A stretch of DNA of 50,273 bases. Origin: Candidatus Kapaibacterium sp. Its GTDB lineage: Bacteria; Bacteroidota; Ignavibacteria; Kapaibacteriales; UBA2268. The position numbers were made by a program, and so were the translations under genes. Of the stretch, positions 19,173 through 29,951 are shown one piece after another. Position 1 is the stretch's first letter. Each line of letters starts with the position of its first letter. The notes beneath the pieces were generated by a model. The model was not told where the DNA came from. It ran no database searches and worked only from the letters and a program-made list of their open reading frames with translations. The DNA lies in assembly GCA_031550405.1 (NCBI GenBank), contig JAVBOP010000154.1:1-50273 (forward strand), read 5' to 3'.

Positions 19173-19213
19173 AGTTTTTAAGTTTGTTTTTAATATATCC
19201 AATTTCAGAATAT

Positions 19214-19233
19214 TTATGAATTTTTATTCATAA
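19214..19233. repeat. 20-bp palindromic motif copy (TTATGAATTTTTATTCATAA)
   Basis: Perfect palindrome including the spacer ends. Identical to the copy at 23747-23766. Lies 12-42 nt upstream of the large-gene start. Confidence 0.85.
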
Positions 19234-19327
19234 ATTATGGCTCTTAGAGTTGTGCAATGCCAGTAAATTTAGCATAATACTTACGTTCAAACCCCGCCAT
19301 TTGTTGCTGACAGCACGTTCACTCATT

Positions 19328-20203
19328 CTAAAAATTGCCGGATGTATGAGCAGGAATTGTTACCAGTGTGTTGTCAATAAGGCGCGTTTTGCCGATGAAA
19401 ACAGCAATGACAATAACCACCAGTTCGTTTGGGTAGAATAAATCCGGCTCCGACAAATCATTCGCCGCCGCTGCACTCGCATAATCTATCCGCAAGCCCG
19501 CCACAGTCCTCAGGCGGTGATGCAAAATTGTGTTTATCTTCTTGCGCTCGCGCTCGCCTGCCAGCACCGCTGCCTTTGCTTCCTCCATTGCCTGATAAAT
19601 TATTGACGCATTCACCTGCTCATCTTCCGAAAGGTAGGCATTGCGGGAACTCAAGGCTAAGCCTTTTGAATTTCTGATAGTTGGCGATATTATAATTTTT
19701 ATATCGAAATCCAAATCATCTGACATTTGCTTGATAACCAACGTCTGCTGAAAATCTTTTTGCCCAAAAACGGCATAATGCGGATGTACAATATTGAATA
19801 ATTTCGCCACAATTAATGCTACGCCGTCAAAATGGCCGGGACGAAATTTGCCCTCAAATTTGTCCGTTATATTTTTCAGATGCAGCGCCGTAGAAAAGCC
19901 GATCGGATAGATTTCGAGAGCATCAGGCATAAATAAATAATCTATTTTATGCAAGTTAGCAAGAACCGAATCTTTTTCAATGTCGCGCGGATACTTGTTA
20001 TAATCCTCATTCGGCGCAAACTGCGCAGGATTGACAAATATCGACGCAACGGTTATATCCGCCATCTCGTGGGCTTTGTCGAACAGGCTTGTGTGCCCTT
20101 CGTGCAAAGCGCCCATCGTTGGCACAAATGCGATAGTTTTGCCTTCATTACGCAATTTTTCCGAAATCCCCGACATTTCTTTCTTTTGAGTTATTATCTG
20201 CAT
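19328..20203 (-). CDS. panC: Pantoate--beta-alanine ligase
   Basis: Has FVPTMGALHEGH (HIGH-like) and the FGQKDFQQ motif. Confidence 0.9.
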   Translation of the reverse strand: MQIITQKKEMSGISEKLRNEGKTIAFVPTMGALHEGHTSLFDKAHEMADITVASIFVNPAQFAPNEDYNKYPRDIEKDSVLANLHKIDYLFMPDALEIYPIGFSTALHLKNITDKFEGKFRPGHFDGVALIVAKLFNIVHPHYAVFGQKDFQQTLVIKQMSDDLDFDIKIIISPTIRNSKGLALSSRNAYLSEDEQVNASIIYQAMEEAKAAVLAGERERKKINTILHHRLRTVAGLRIDYASAAAANDLSEPDLFYPNELVVIVIAVFIGKTRLIDNTLVTIPAHTSGNF

Positions 20204-20324
20204 ATATTTTTAAATATTTTCTATTTTTAAAAACTATATTTTTATATCAGTAAAATAAAATTCATGTAGAAATTGTACAAAAAATACAAATTGTTCTTGG
20301 CTTTAGAATAAATATGCTGTAGCG

Positions 20325-20777
20325 CTATTTTGTTTCATAGCAACAGTTTATCCATTCCGCATCAAATGCAGCATTATACTTTTTATAAAAATTAATAGCA
20401 GGAGTATTCCAGTCCAAAACCTGCCAGACTATGCCATTCAAATTCAATTCGCGAGCTTCAACAATAAGCCTGTCAAATAACATTTTGCCCAAACCATTTC
20501 TGCGCATAGATTCTGTAATTACTATATCTTCAAGATACATACGCTGACCTTTCCAAGTACTGTAACGAATGTAATACAAAGCAAAGCCAACAATTATGCC
20601 ATCAACTTCAACCACAAACGCCCACCAAACGGGATGTGCGCCAAACCCACTTTCCGTAAAATGCGATAAATCGACAGTTACAGCGTCAGTCGCCTTTTCG
20701 TATGTCGCAAGTTCTTGAATCAATTCCAACAATCGAGGGCAATCAGCCTCAACAGCTTTTCTTACGTGCGGCGTCAT
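20325..20777 (-). CDS. GNAT-family N-acetyltransferase
   Basis: Has the RRNGLGKMLF acetyl-CoA binding motif. Start set at the ATG (MTPHVRK) 2 nt after the yggS stop. The longer track ORF overlaps yggS. Confidence 0.75.
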   Translation of the reverse strand: MTPHVRKAVEADCPRLLELIQELATYEKATDAVTVDLSHFTESGFGAHPVWWAFVVEVDGIIVGFALYYIRYSTWKGQRMYLEDIVITESMRRNGLGKMLFDRLIVEARELNLNGIVWQVLDWNTPAINFYKKYNAAFDAEWINCCYETK

Positions 20778-20779
20778 AA

Positions 20780-21490
20780 TTAGCTCCTGCTCCCCAAAAT
20801 GGCAGAACCGATACGCAGCATGGTCGCTTGCTCTTCGATCGCAATTTTGTAATCGTGCGACATGCCCATCGACAGCTGCGACAAATTCAATCCCAGCGAT
20901 TGATTCAGCTCGTTCAGGCAATTGCGAAGCATCGAAAATTCAGTGCGTATTACCTTTTCGTCATCAGAAAATGTACCGATGGTCATCAGTCCAACGAGAT
21001 TTAAATGAATATTTTTTAATACTTCTTGGGCTAAACCATTTGTTTCTTCAGGTTCAATTCCAGATTTGGAGGCTTGATTAGATGTGTTTATTTGCAAAAG
21101 TATATCAATATGCTTGCCATATCGGGCTGCCTGCCGCTCAATTTCCGCCGCCAGACCCGACGAATCAACAGTGTGTATCGCCGTAACGTGCGGCACAACA
21201 TACTTGACTTTATTGGTTTGCAGGTGTCCGATAAAATGAAATTCCGGTTTTGTCTCCAAATCATCCAAATGCGGCAACAAATCCTTGTATTTGTCACGAA
21301 ATTCCTGCGCATAATTTTCCGCAAAAAGATGAATACCAGCGTTCATGGCTTGCAGAACAACATCGGCACCATGCGTCTTTGAGACGACAAGTACCTTTAT
21401 GTCCTCAGGGTTGCGGAGACATGCCATCGCCGTTTCCGCAACACCTTGTTTAATTTTATCGTAATTTTTTTGTAGACTGTACAAATCCAT
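20780..21490 (-). CDS. yggS: YggS-family pyridoxal-phosphate homeostasis protein
   Basis: Has VVSKTH (the PLP lysine), HFIGHLQTNKVKYV and LSMGMSHDY motifs. Confidence 0.85.
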   Translation of the reverse strand: MDLYSLQKNYDKIKQGVAETAMACLRNPEDIKVLVVSKTHGADVVLQAMNAGIHLFAENYAQEFRDKYKDLLPHLDDLETKPEFHFIGHLQTNKVKYVVPHVTAIHTVDSSGLAAEIERQAARYGKHIDILLQINTSNQASKSGIEPEETNGLAQEVLKNIHLNLVGLMTIGTFSDDEKVIRTEFSMLRNCLNELNQSLGLNLSQLSMGMSHDYKIAIEEQATMLRIGSAILGSRS

Positions 21491-21494
21491 CCAG

Positions 21495-21502
21495 CAAAAA
21501 TA
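21495..21502 (-). promoter_or_regulatory. TATTTTTG candidate -7 box 4 nt before the yggS ATG (possible leaderless mRNA)
   Basis: Reverse complement of CAAAAATA at 21495-21502. Confidence 0.3.
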
Positions 21503-21720
21503 ACAATTCGCTTGGAAATTATGTACATTAAAAATTTCAAATTATCCCAATCCCAAAAAGATATACATAGCAGATGCCAGTTTTTACTTCCTATTCACGC
21601 TATTCGAACAACCATATAAATTAGTGCAAATTTAACGGATGTCAACTATGCCATACCTTGTAAGCCTCTTAATTCTCTCGAATAGCATCATATTTTTTGC
21701 TCTTCAGAAATAAATACACA

Positions 21721-22140
21721 CTATCTCAAGGTTGAAATTAGCTTGAGTTGCAGGTCTAACAACTGGAGTTTGGCGGTGGCGTTATGGCGCTCAAATTCGT
21801 CGGGAGATGTTTTTACTATGTGCCTTAATTTCGTTATGTTAGCCATTAAGTTTGCTATATCCATATTGGCTATATTTTCGATATAATTTACAGCTATTGT
21901 TACATGATTATTCAGAACCTCAATAACGCCCTTATCAGAGAAAAAATATATGGTATCTCCTTTATTATCAACAACTCTGATAATTCCGGGCATAATTGTA
22001 GATATTATTGGAGCATGATTAAACAGTACCTGAAACGGTGATTTCTCACCCGCTACGATGATGTTGTTTACCATACTGTCGTAAAATGAATTGCTCGGAG
22101 TAAGTATACTTAAATGCAATAGTTTACTATCATTATCCAT
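21721..22140 (-). CDS. atpC: F0F1 ATP synthase epsilon subunit
   Basis: Has the LHLSILTP...F beta-sandwich start and lies directly downstream of atpD. The track start at 22152 is GTG; the ATG is at 22140. Confidence 0.8.
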   Translation of the reverse strand: MDNDSKLLHLSILTPSNSFYDSMVNNIIVAGEKSPFQVLFNHAPIISTIMPGIIRVVDNKGDTIYFFSDKGVIEVLNNHVTIAVNYIENIANMDIANLMANITKLRHIVKTSPDEFERHNATAKLQLLDLQLKLISTLR

Positions 22141-22157
22141 GATTGCATACACCTTGT

Positions 22158-23607
<1,450 letters not shown>

Positions 23608-23610
23608 TTA

Positions 23611-23618
23611 CAAATATA
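23611..23618 (-). promoter_or_regulatory. TATATTTG candidate -7 box upstream of atpD
   Basis: 19 nt upstream of the atpD ATG. An AAGGGAG SD lies between them. Confidence 0.35.
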
Positions 23619-23746
23619 AATATATATTACGAAATTATTTTGATAATAATACAGGAATCGCTCTCAAAAACATTTTTATCTTCAAAAGAAATAGCAACAG
23701 ATGTATTTTAAGGATGGTAAGGAAATTATAAGGATATATCCATGTT

Positions 23747-23766
23747 TTATGAATTTTTATTCATAA
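23747..23766. repeat. 20-bp palindromic motif copy (TTATGAATTTTTATTCATAA)
   Basis: Lies in the divergent atpD / M24-peptidase spacer. Identical to the copy at 19214-19233. Confidence 0.85.
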
Positions 23767-23856
23767 TTACATTGCTCATCTAAACAAATGTATTAAGTGT
23801 TAGTATATTTTTCGTATATTGTAAAAAATATTTCTCTACAAATAACAGGTTATAAT

Positions 23857-25044
23857 ATGGACTTAAAAGCAATACAAGCTGCATTAAAAAGTGCAGGTTT
23901 TGATGGTTGGCTGTTTTATGATTTTCATAACCGCGATGCAATAGCTGCAAGAATTTTGAATATGAACACACATCGTTTCGCTTCAAGGCGTTGGTATTAT
24001 TATATTCCAGCAATAGGCGAACCTAAAAAACTTGTTCACAAGATAGAACCTTGGCGTTGCGACCATTTGCCCGGCGAAAAATTTATTTATTTGCCTTGGC
24101 AAGAACAACATGCTTTCTTAAAGCAAATCTTAGGTGATGCTAAAAAAGTGGCAATGCAATATTCGCCCATGAATGCAATCCCTTACGTTTCAATCGTTGA
24201 CGGCGGCACAATTGAACTTGTTCGCAGTTTTGGAATTGAGGTTGTTTCAAGTGCAAATTTAGTAAGTTTATTTGAATCTCATCTTTCAATGGAAGATTAT
24301 CGCAGCCATTGCGAAGCCGGTGAATCAATGCAATTCATTAAAGATGAAGCATTTAAAGAAATTGCAAGACGCATTAAAGCAGGTGTAAATCCAACAGAAT
24401 ATGAAATTTATGAATTTATGATAAGCCTGTATAAAGAGCATAATATGCTTTGCGAAGATGGTCCTATCGTTGCCGTAAACGAACATGCTGCCGATCCACA
24501 CTTTGAGCCAACTCCTGAAAACACACATAAAATCAAAGAAGGAGATTTGGTTTTAATAGATCTTTGGGCAAAGAAAAATAAGCCAGGAGCAATATATTAT
24601 GATATAACCTGGATGGGGTTTGTTGGTACAGACGTGCCGGAAAGGATTGAGAAAATATTCCAAATTGCCCGTTCGGCACGTCAGGCTGCATTAGATTTAG
24701 TGTTCGATAGATTTGCAAAAAATATTCCTGTTCATGGCTGGGAAGTTGATGATGCTTGCCGTAAAGTAATTATTGATGCTGGTCTGGGAGAGTATTTTAC
24801 GCATAGAACTGGACATAATATTGGCGAGGAAGTTCATGGAAATGGCTGTCATATCGACAACTTAGAAACAAAAGATGAACGTGTGATTATTCCTGGTACA
24901 TGTTTTTCCGTTGAACCCGGAATTTATATGCCAGAAGAAAAAATTGGCTTTAGAACTGAAATAGATGTTTTCGTAACTGATGAATCTAAGGTTGAAGTTT
25001 CTGGAAAACAACAGGAAACAGTGATACCGATAATGTTGCTGTGA
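23857..25044 (+). CDS. M24-family Xaa-Pro aminopeptidase-like metallopeptidase
   Basis: Pita-bread fold motifs: DLVLIDL, THRTGHNIGEEVHG and FSVEPGIY. Start moved to the ATG at M21 of the track ORF. Confidence 0.8.
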   Translation: MDLKAIQAALKSAGFDGWLFYDFHNRDAIAARILNMNTHRFASRRWYYYIPAIGEPKKLVHKIEPWRCDHLPGEKFIYLPWQEQHAFLKQILGDAKKVAMQYSPMNAIPYVSIVDGGTIELVRSFGIEVVSSANLVSLFESHLSMEDYRSHCEAGESMQFIKDEAFKEIARRIKAGVNPTEYEIYEFMISLYKEHNMLCEDGPIVAVNEHAADPHFEPTPENTHKIKEGDLVLIDLWAKKNKPGAIYYDITWMGFVGTDVPERIEKIFQIARSARQAALDLVFDRFAKNIPVHGWEVDDACRKVIIDAGLGEYFTHRTGHNIGEEVHGNGCHIDNLETKDERVIIPGTCFSVEPGIYMPEEKIGFRTEIDVFVTDESKVEVSGKQQETVIPIMLL

Positions 25045-25346
25045 TTTTATTAGGTATTGTTCACACTAATTAAACAATCAAAAATTAACGAAAATGCAAT
25101 GAACATTGTGCCAGTTTTATCGTATTGGGTGAAAATCTTCTAAATCTTTTGGTTCGCCTGAATAATCTTTCAATTTCATTGCATTTTTCTATATTTTTTT
25201 GTCGCAATTTTTCGGCTGGATTTCGAAGGTATGACAGGCTCTAAGCCTTTAAAGCGCCAGTTCCTCTGCGGCGGTATCTGCAAGGCTGTTTGCGGGCACG
25301 GTTGCATCAGCAGCAATATCATTCGGCTCAATATTTTCATCATCAT

Positions 25347-25366
25347 TTATGAATATTTTTTCATAA
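25347..25366. repeat. 20-bp palindromic motif copy (TTATGAATATTTTTTCATAA)
   Basis: Lies in the middle of a 530-bp spacer between convergent genes. Identical to the copy at 1649-1668. Confidence 0.85.
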
Positions 25367-25575
25367 ATATTCTGTTGTGCGGATTATTTATGGATAAATG
25401 TTTCGAAAAAAGCGGGATACAGCCGAGCTAAACCTTGAGTGTTATTGCAGTAGAATTAATGGCAAAAAAACAAGCAGATAATGGTAAAAAAGGCAAGAAT
25501 TTAGGCTTTTTTTGATATTCAATATTAGATGTAAGCGCCTTAAATAACAATGTATTAGAGCGTGCAGATATTTAT

Positions 25576-26178
25576 TTATATTTTTTTTGAAATTATCTCT
25601 TCTATTTGAGCAAAAGTATCTGCTTTAGAGGCAGCGGAATTTATCGTGTATATACGCTCAGGAAACTTCTCTGCAATCGCTATATAGCCAGAAATAATAC
25701 GGTTAAAGAAATCGACATCAGCAGATTCTATTCTGTCCTGTATATTTTGCTTGCGCCTTTGAAATGAAATTTCGAGTGGAATATTGAGAAAAAAAGTAAC
25801 ATCAGGCTGTATGTTTTGCGAAGCAATATTGTTCAGCAAATTAATATTATTGATATCCAGACCGCGCCCATAGCCTTGATATGCGGTCGTTGAATCGAAA
25901 AATCTATCCGCAATCACAATCTTATTTTGTTGCAGCGCAGGAGCAATCACGGTTTGAATAAGATGTGCGCGAGCGGCTTCAAACAAAAAAAGTTCGGATA
26001 CTGGATTTATGGAATGGCTGGAATACAAAAGGATTTCACGCAATTGTTCGGCAAACTCAGTACCGCCGGGCTCTCGAGTAGTAACAACTTCATAATTTTT
26101 TTTTACCAAAAAAAATTCCAAATTTTTGATTTGTGTTGTTTTGCCGCAACCATCAATACCTTCAAAACTTATGAACAT
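25576..26178 (-). CDS. tmk: Thymidylate kinase
   Basis: Has the FISFEGIDGCGKTTQ P-loop and the DRF motif. Confidence 0.9.
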   Translation of the reverse strand: MFISFEGIDGCGKTTQIKNLEFFLVKKNYEVVTTREPGGTEFAEQLREILLYSSHSINPVSELFLFEAARAHLIQTVIAPALQQNKIVIADRFFDSTTAYQGYGRGLDINNINLLNNIASQNIQPDVTFFLNIPLEISFQRRKQNIQDRIESADVDFFNRIISGYIAIAEKFPERIYTINSAASKADTFAQIEEIISKKI

Positions 26179-26867
26179 TTACTTCCCTCAATAACCACAA
26201 CAAATTCGCCTTTTTCAATAATATTGATTTTATTTTGTAGAAAATCCGCAGTATTAAAACGTATATATTCTTCGAAAATTTTACTTATTTCCCTTGCGAT
26301 ACAAATATTGCGGTCGCCATCGATTTCGGCGATTTCGCTTATCAGCTTCTTTATTCTATGCGAAGATTCATAAAGGATAAATGTTTTTTCATTATTCAGA
26401 GCCTCTTGGATAAAAGTTTTTCTTCCTTTTTTCTGCGGCGGAAATCCTAAGAAAATAAAATTATGTACAGGCAAGCCGCTGGCAATTAATGCGCTTACAA
26501 ATGCAGTTGCTCCGGGAACAGATATAACTTTGATATTATTTTCAATCGCTTTACTAACAATTCGATATCCGGGGTCGGAGATGCAAGGCGTTCCCGCATC
26601 GCTAATCAAAGCCACTGATTTGCCATTTTTTAATTCATTAACAAGAGCATCAGATTTTATACCTTCGTTATAATTATAATAGCTGACAAGCTTTGATGAA
26701 TTATTTTTAATTTTTAATTCTTTCAGCATAACCCCTGCCCGCCGAGTATCTTCGCATGCGATAATATCAACATTGCTCAGTATCTTCACAGCGCGGTACG
26801 TTATATCCTGCAGATTTCCAATCGGCGTCGGCACCAGATATAGCGCCGCCTCAATTTTTTCATCCAT
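26169..26867 (-). CDS. rsmI: 16S rRNA (cytidine1402-2'-O)-methyltransferase
   Basis: Has LYLVPTPIGNLQDIT and ACEDTR motifs. Overlaps tmk by 10 nt. The track start at 26936 is TTG; I prefer the ATG at 26867. Confidence 0.85.
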   Translation of the reverse strand: MDEKIEAALYLVPTPIGNLQDITYRAVKILSNVDIIACEDTRRAGVMLKELKIKNNSSKLVSYYNYNEGIKSDALVNELKNGKSVALISDAGTPCISDPGYRIVSKAIENNIKVISVPGATAFVSALIASGLPVHNFIFLGFPPQKKGRKTFIQEALNNEKTFILYESSHRIKKLISEIAEIDGDRNICIAREISKIFEEYIRFNTADFLQNKINIIEKGEFVVVIEGSKCS

Positions 26868-26955
26868 AATATTTGCTACAAAAATAGCAATATTCGTCAT
26901 ATAAGCCAACATTTCTTGCGAACATATAACAGGCAATTCAACATTCTTCGCATAT

Positions 26956-26975
26956 TTATTAATTTCTTTTCATAA
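26956..26975. repeat. 20-bp palindromic motif copy, variant (TTATTAATTTCTTTTCATAA)
   Basis: Lies in the divergent rsmI / mrdA spacer. Confidence 0.6.
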
Positions 26976-26996
26976 ATCAATATGGGGATTTTTTAG

Positions 26997-27004
26997 TATT
27001 TTTG
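26997..27004 (+). promoter_or_regulatory. TATTTTTG candidate -7 box upstream of mrdA
   Basis: 35 nt upstream of ATG 27039. Confidence 0.35.
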
Positions 27005-27038
27005 TAAAAACATGTTTGTATCACTTAAATCCTGTTGA

Positions 27039-28913
27039 ATGCTATTTAGTCAGCCATTGTGGAAATCGTCCGATTTCGCCGACCCTAACCGGAAACGCAT
27101 ATTTAGAGCTATAATACTGCTGGTTTTGCTCATTTTTGCCGTTCGGCTTGCGCAGCTGCAAATCATAGAATATGGACAATATTACAGCAAGAGCGAGACG
27201 CAGGCTATCAAAAAGGTGCGGATTACGCCTGTGCGCGGCAACATGTACGACAGGAACGGCGTGCTTATGGTGCATAATGTGCCGTCGTTTTCCATCACCA
27301 TCACGCCATACGAGTTCAAGGACGAGGTGATGCCGCTGCTGTGCAGTATTATCCAGATGGATTCGAACGATATACGCCGCACATTGAACAGATACAGGAA
27401 TTACTCGAAATTTGTGCCTATAAAAATTATGCGCGATGCTGATATTGCAACCGTAGCACAGCTGGAAGAATACTCCGAATATCTTATAGGAGTGGATGTA
27501 TCTATCGATTCCAAACGTACTTACAACTTTGATGGCAATATGGCGCATCTGTTCGGATATGCCCGTGAGATAACGCGCGAGCAACTCGAAAAACATAAGT
27601 ACTATAGACCGGGCGATATGATAGGGCAAAACGGCTTGGAGCAATCCTATGAAAACATACTGCGCGGGCGGGATGGAGTGGAGTTCGTTGCTGTAAACAA
27701 GGTGGGACGCCGCATTTCTGCCTTTGCAAATGGCGAGAAGGATATACTGGCAAGCAATGGATTCGACCTCAATCTTGCCATTGATTCGAAGCTGCAGGAG
27801 CTAAGTGAGAAGCTGCTGGCAGGCAAAAAAGGTGCTGTGGTTGCCATAGATCCGAGTAACGGTGAGGTGCTGATATTTGCCAGCAAGCCTGACTATGACC
27901 CGCGCCTTTTCAGCGGAAAGGTGCCGACAGAATTGTACCGCTCTTTGAGTGATAATACCTCATATCCTCTGTTGCCGCGTGCCTTGCAGTCGCAATATCC
28001 GCCAGGGTCTACATGGAAAATGCTCATTGCACTTGCTGCTTTGCAGGAAGGGCTTATTAATGAAAACACCACTATAAATTGTAGCGGCAGCTATACTTTA
28101 GGCACAAGGCAGTATAAATGCCATGTGCATGGTAATGTAAATGTGCGGCAGGCGCTGCGCTATTCATGCAATGTGTTTTTCTATACGCTGGGCATAAAGC
28201 TGGGTATGGAGAAGTTTGAAAAGTATGGACAGATGTTTAATTTTGGCGAATATACCCATATCGACCTGCCCAACGAGAAGAAAGGCAGGCTGCCAACCCG
28301 CGAGTGGCTGCAAAGGAGGGACAAGTCTCTGACGTCATTCAAGGGGCGGCTGGTTAACTATGGCATAGGGCAAGGCGAAATACTGGCAACTCCGCTGCAA
28401 ATGGCGGCATATACCGCTGCTATAGCCAATGGCGGTACATATTATCAGCCGCATATAGTGCGTTCGGTGCATAACCAGCTGGCAAATACGATTGACAATT
28501 TAAGCTATGACGCAAAAAAAATACCCATTAATGCCGGATATTTTGAATTGGTCAAAAACGGTATGTGGGATGTTGTAAATGCTGGCGGCACAGGTGCAGG
28601 CGTTGCCATATCAGGCTTGGACGTGTGCGGCAAAACAGGCACCGCCCAAAATCCGCATGGTTTAGACCACTCGTGGTTTGTCTGTTTTGCACCAAAAAAT
28701 AATCCGAAAATAGCCATGTGCGTATTTGTTGAAAACGCTGGCTTTGGAGCGGCAGTTGCAGGTCCTATAGCTCGGCAGCTGCTTGAGGCATTCTTCTTTC
28801 CGGACAGGCAGCGAGCAGAGGATGCGGCGCCCATACCTGATGCAGTGATAGATTCGCTGGGAATGGAAGTGCTGCCCGAAGAAGTGCCGATAGAAAATCC
28901 TGACAATAATTAA
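27039..28913 (+). CDS. mrdA: Penicillin-binding protein 2 (elongasome transpeptidase)
   Basis: N-terminal TM segment, the PBP dimerisation region, and STWK, SCN and KTGTA motifs. Confidence 0.9.
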   Translation: MLFSQPLWKSSDFADPNRKRIFRAIILLVLLIFAVRLAQLQIIEYGQYYSKSETQAIKKVRITPVRGNMYDRNGVLMVHNVPSFSITITPYEFKDEVMPLLCSIIQMDSNDIRRTLNRYRNYSKFVPIKIMRDADIATVAQLEEYSEYLIGVDVSIDSKRTYNFDGNMAHLFGYAREITREQLEKHKYYRPGDMIGQNGLEQSYENILRGRDGVEFVAVNKVGRRISAFANGEKDILASNGFDLNLAIDSKLQELSEKLLAGKKGAVVAIDPSNGEVLIFASKPDYDPRLFSGKVPTELYRSLSDNTSYPLLPRALQSQYPPGSTWKMLIALAALQEGLINENTTINCSGSYTLGTRQYKCHVHGNVNVRQALRYSCNVFFYTLGIKLGMEKFEKYGQMFNFGEYTHIDLPNEKKGRLPTREWLQRRDKSLTSFKGRLVNYGIGQGEILATPLQMAAYTAAIANGGTYYQPHIVRSVHNQLANTIDNLSYDAKKIPINAGYFELVKNGMWDVVNAGGTGAGVAISGLDVCGKTGTAQNPHGLDHSWFVCFAPKNNPKIAMCVFVENAGFGAAVAGPIARQLLEAFFFPDRQRAEDAAPIPDAVIDSLGMEVLPEEVPIENPDNN

Positions 28914-28926
28914 TTTTTTTTCATAA
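28907..28926. repeat. 20-bp palindromic motif copy, variant (TAATTAATTTTTTTTCATAA)
   Basis: Overlaps the mrdA stop codon and lies 17 nt before the next start. Confidence 0.6.
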
Positions 28927-28942
28927 TCATATAAGATATACC

Positions 28943-29734
28943 ATGTATAAACTCCTGATAGCGATATTTTGCCTTATATTAATGAGCTGCGCCTCGACCA
29001 AACAGGCGGCTAATGATAATAAACCAAACGAAAGGCTGTCCGAAAAAAGCGATGCGGCATCAGGCACAGAACAGAAGATAGATAAGGCTAACTCATCGGA
29101 AAACAGTAATGTTATAATGAAAGCCCGCATTAATATTTCTTTTCCTGAAATACGTAATTCGGCAGCAGCCAAAATTGAAATTGCCAAAACAGACTCGATA
29201 CTAATCCAAATATTTGGTCCCATGTCCATTCCTGTCGGCAAACTGTATGCTAACCCGACGCAATATATAATGAATAGCAATTTAGAAAATATAACTTACA
29301 AAGGAATGCCGACGGAGGAAAATATCAAAAAATCAATGAGTGTGCCACTGGCTTTCAACGATTTGGTATACCTTCTGCGGAATGCTTTGCCGAATAATTC
29401 AGAGCAATATAGTTTCGTTAACATAATGGAAAGTAACAAGTTATATGTTTTATCCGATAAAATGGGTGCGGAGTTCGCGCTAATCGATACCAATAACAGG
29501 CGCTTAGTGCGGTTTCAGAAAAAAAATGCAAATAACGAGATGGTGATGGATGTGGCTTTTTCCAGTTTTACCGAAATAGGAGATTATACTTTTGCTAATA
29601 AAATATCGATTAATTTTCCACTTCAGGATGGCAGGGTTGATATTGAATTTCAGGAAATAGCGATTGTGCCCGCCTGTTCATCGCCCATGTCCTTCACCCA
29701 GCCCAAATCATACCGCCTCTTCCAATATGATTAA
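28943..29734 (+). CDS. Lipoprotein, possibly of the LolB-like/DUF4292 type
   Basis: Has a lipobox (LILMSCAS). The overall pattern (KIEIAKTDSILIQIFGPMSIPVGKLYANP) resembles DUF4292-type outer-membrane lipoproteins. This is from memory only. Confidence 0.4.
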   Translation: MYKLLIAIFCLILMSCASTKQAANDNKPNERLSEKSDAASGTEQKIDKANSSENSNVIMKARINISFPEIRNSAAAKIEIAKTDSILIQIFGPMSIPVGKLYANPTQYIMNSNLENITYKGMPTEENIKKSMSVPLAFNDLVYLLRNALPNNSEQYSFVNIMESNKLYVLSDKMGAEFALIDTNNRRLVRFQKKNANNEMVMDVAFSSFTEIGDYTFANKISINFPLQDGRVDIEFQEIAIVPACSSPMSFTQPKSYRLFQYD

Positions 29735-29830
29735 ATGAGGTGAAAGATTTGATTGCTTTTCGAGTTTTTCAAAATGCCCGTGCCGTCTGGATGCACTTTT
29801 ATGTTCATGCTGTCAAATAAAACAGCATCT

Positions 29831-29860
29831 GTTTAATATGCAATACCAAAAAACACCCCG
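29831..29860 (+). repeat. Small repeat GTTTAAT..AATACCAAAAAACACCCCG, copy 2
   Basis: Matches 15487-15515 and is followed by the hairpin GTCG-AAG-CGAC. Confidence 0.5.
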
Positions 29861-29951
29861 TCAGTCGAAGCGACAACTTGTACAAAATATTTTTTTTTTG
29901 GTGCAAATGATACAAAATCGCGAATTTGGTGTCATTATATTATACCGCAAT

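Noticed and set aside
20778-20921. N-terminal 48-codon extension of the GNAT ORF that overlaps yggS
   Set aside because: The extension lies inside the well-supported yggS frame. An ATG (MTPHVRK) 2 nt after the yggS stop gives a normal 150-aa GNAT protein.
23916-23930. Short palindrome TTATGATTTTCATAA inside the M24 peptidase gene
   Set aside because: Its spacing (3 nt) differs from the 20-bp family. It is explained by the codons for FYDFHN and is likely coincidental.
25176-25431. Plus-strand 66-aa ORF (25231..25431) and a minus-strand 56-aa ORF starting ATGATGATG at 25346
   Set aside because: Neither has an RBS or a convincing composition. The 66-aa ORF reads through the palindrome. They are kept only as part of the long-spacer finding.
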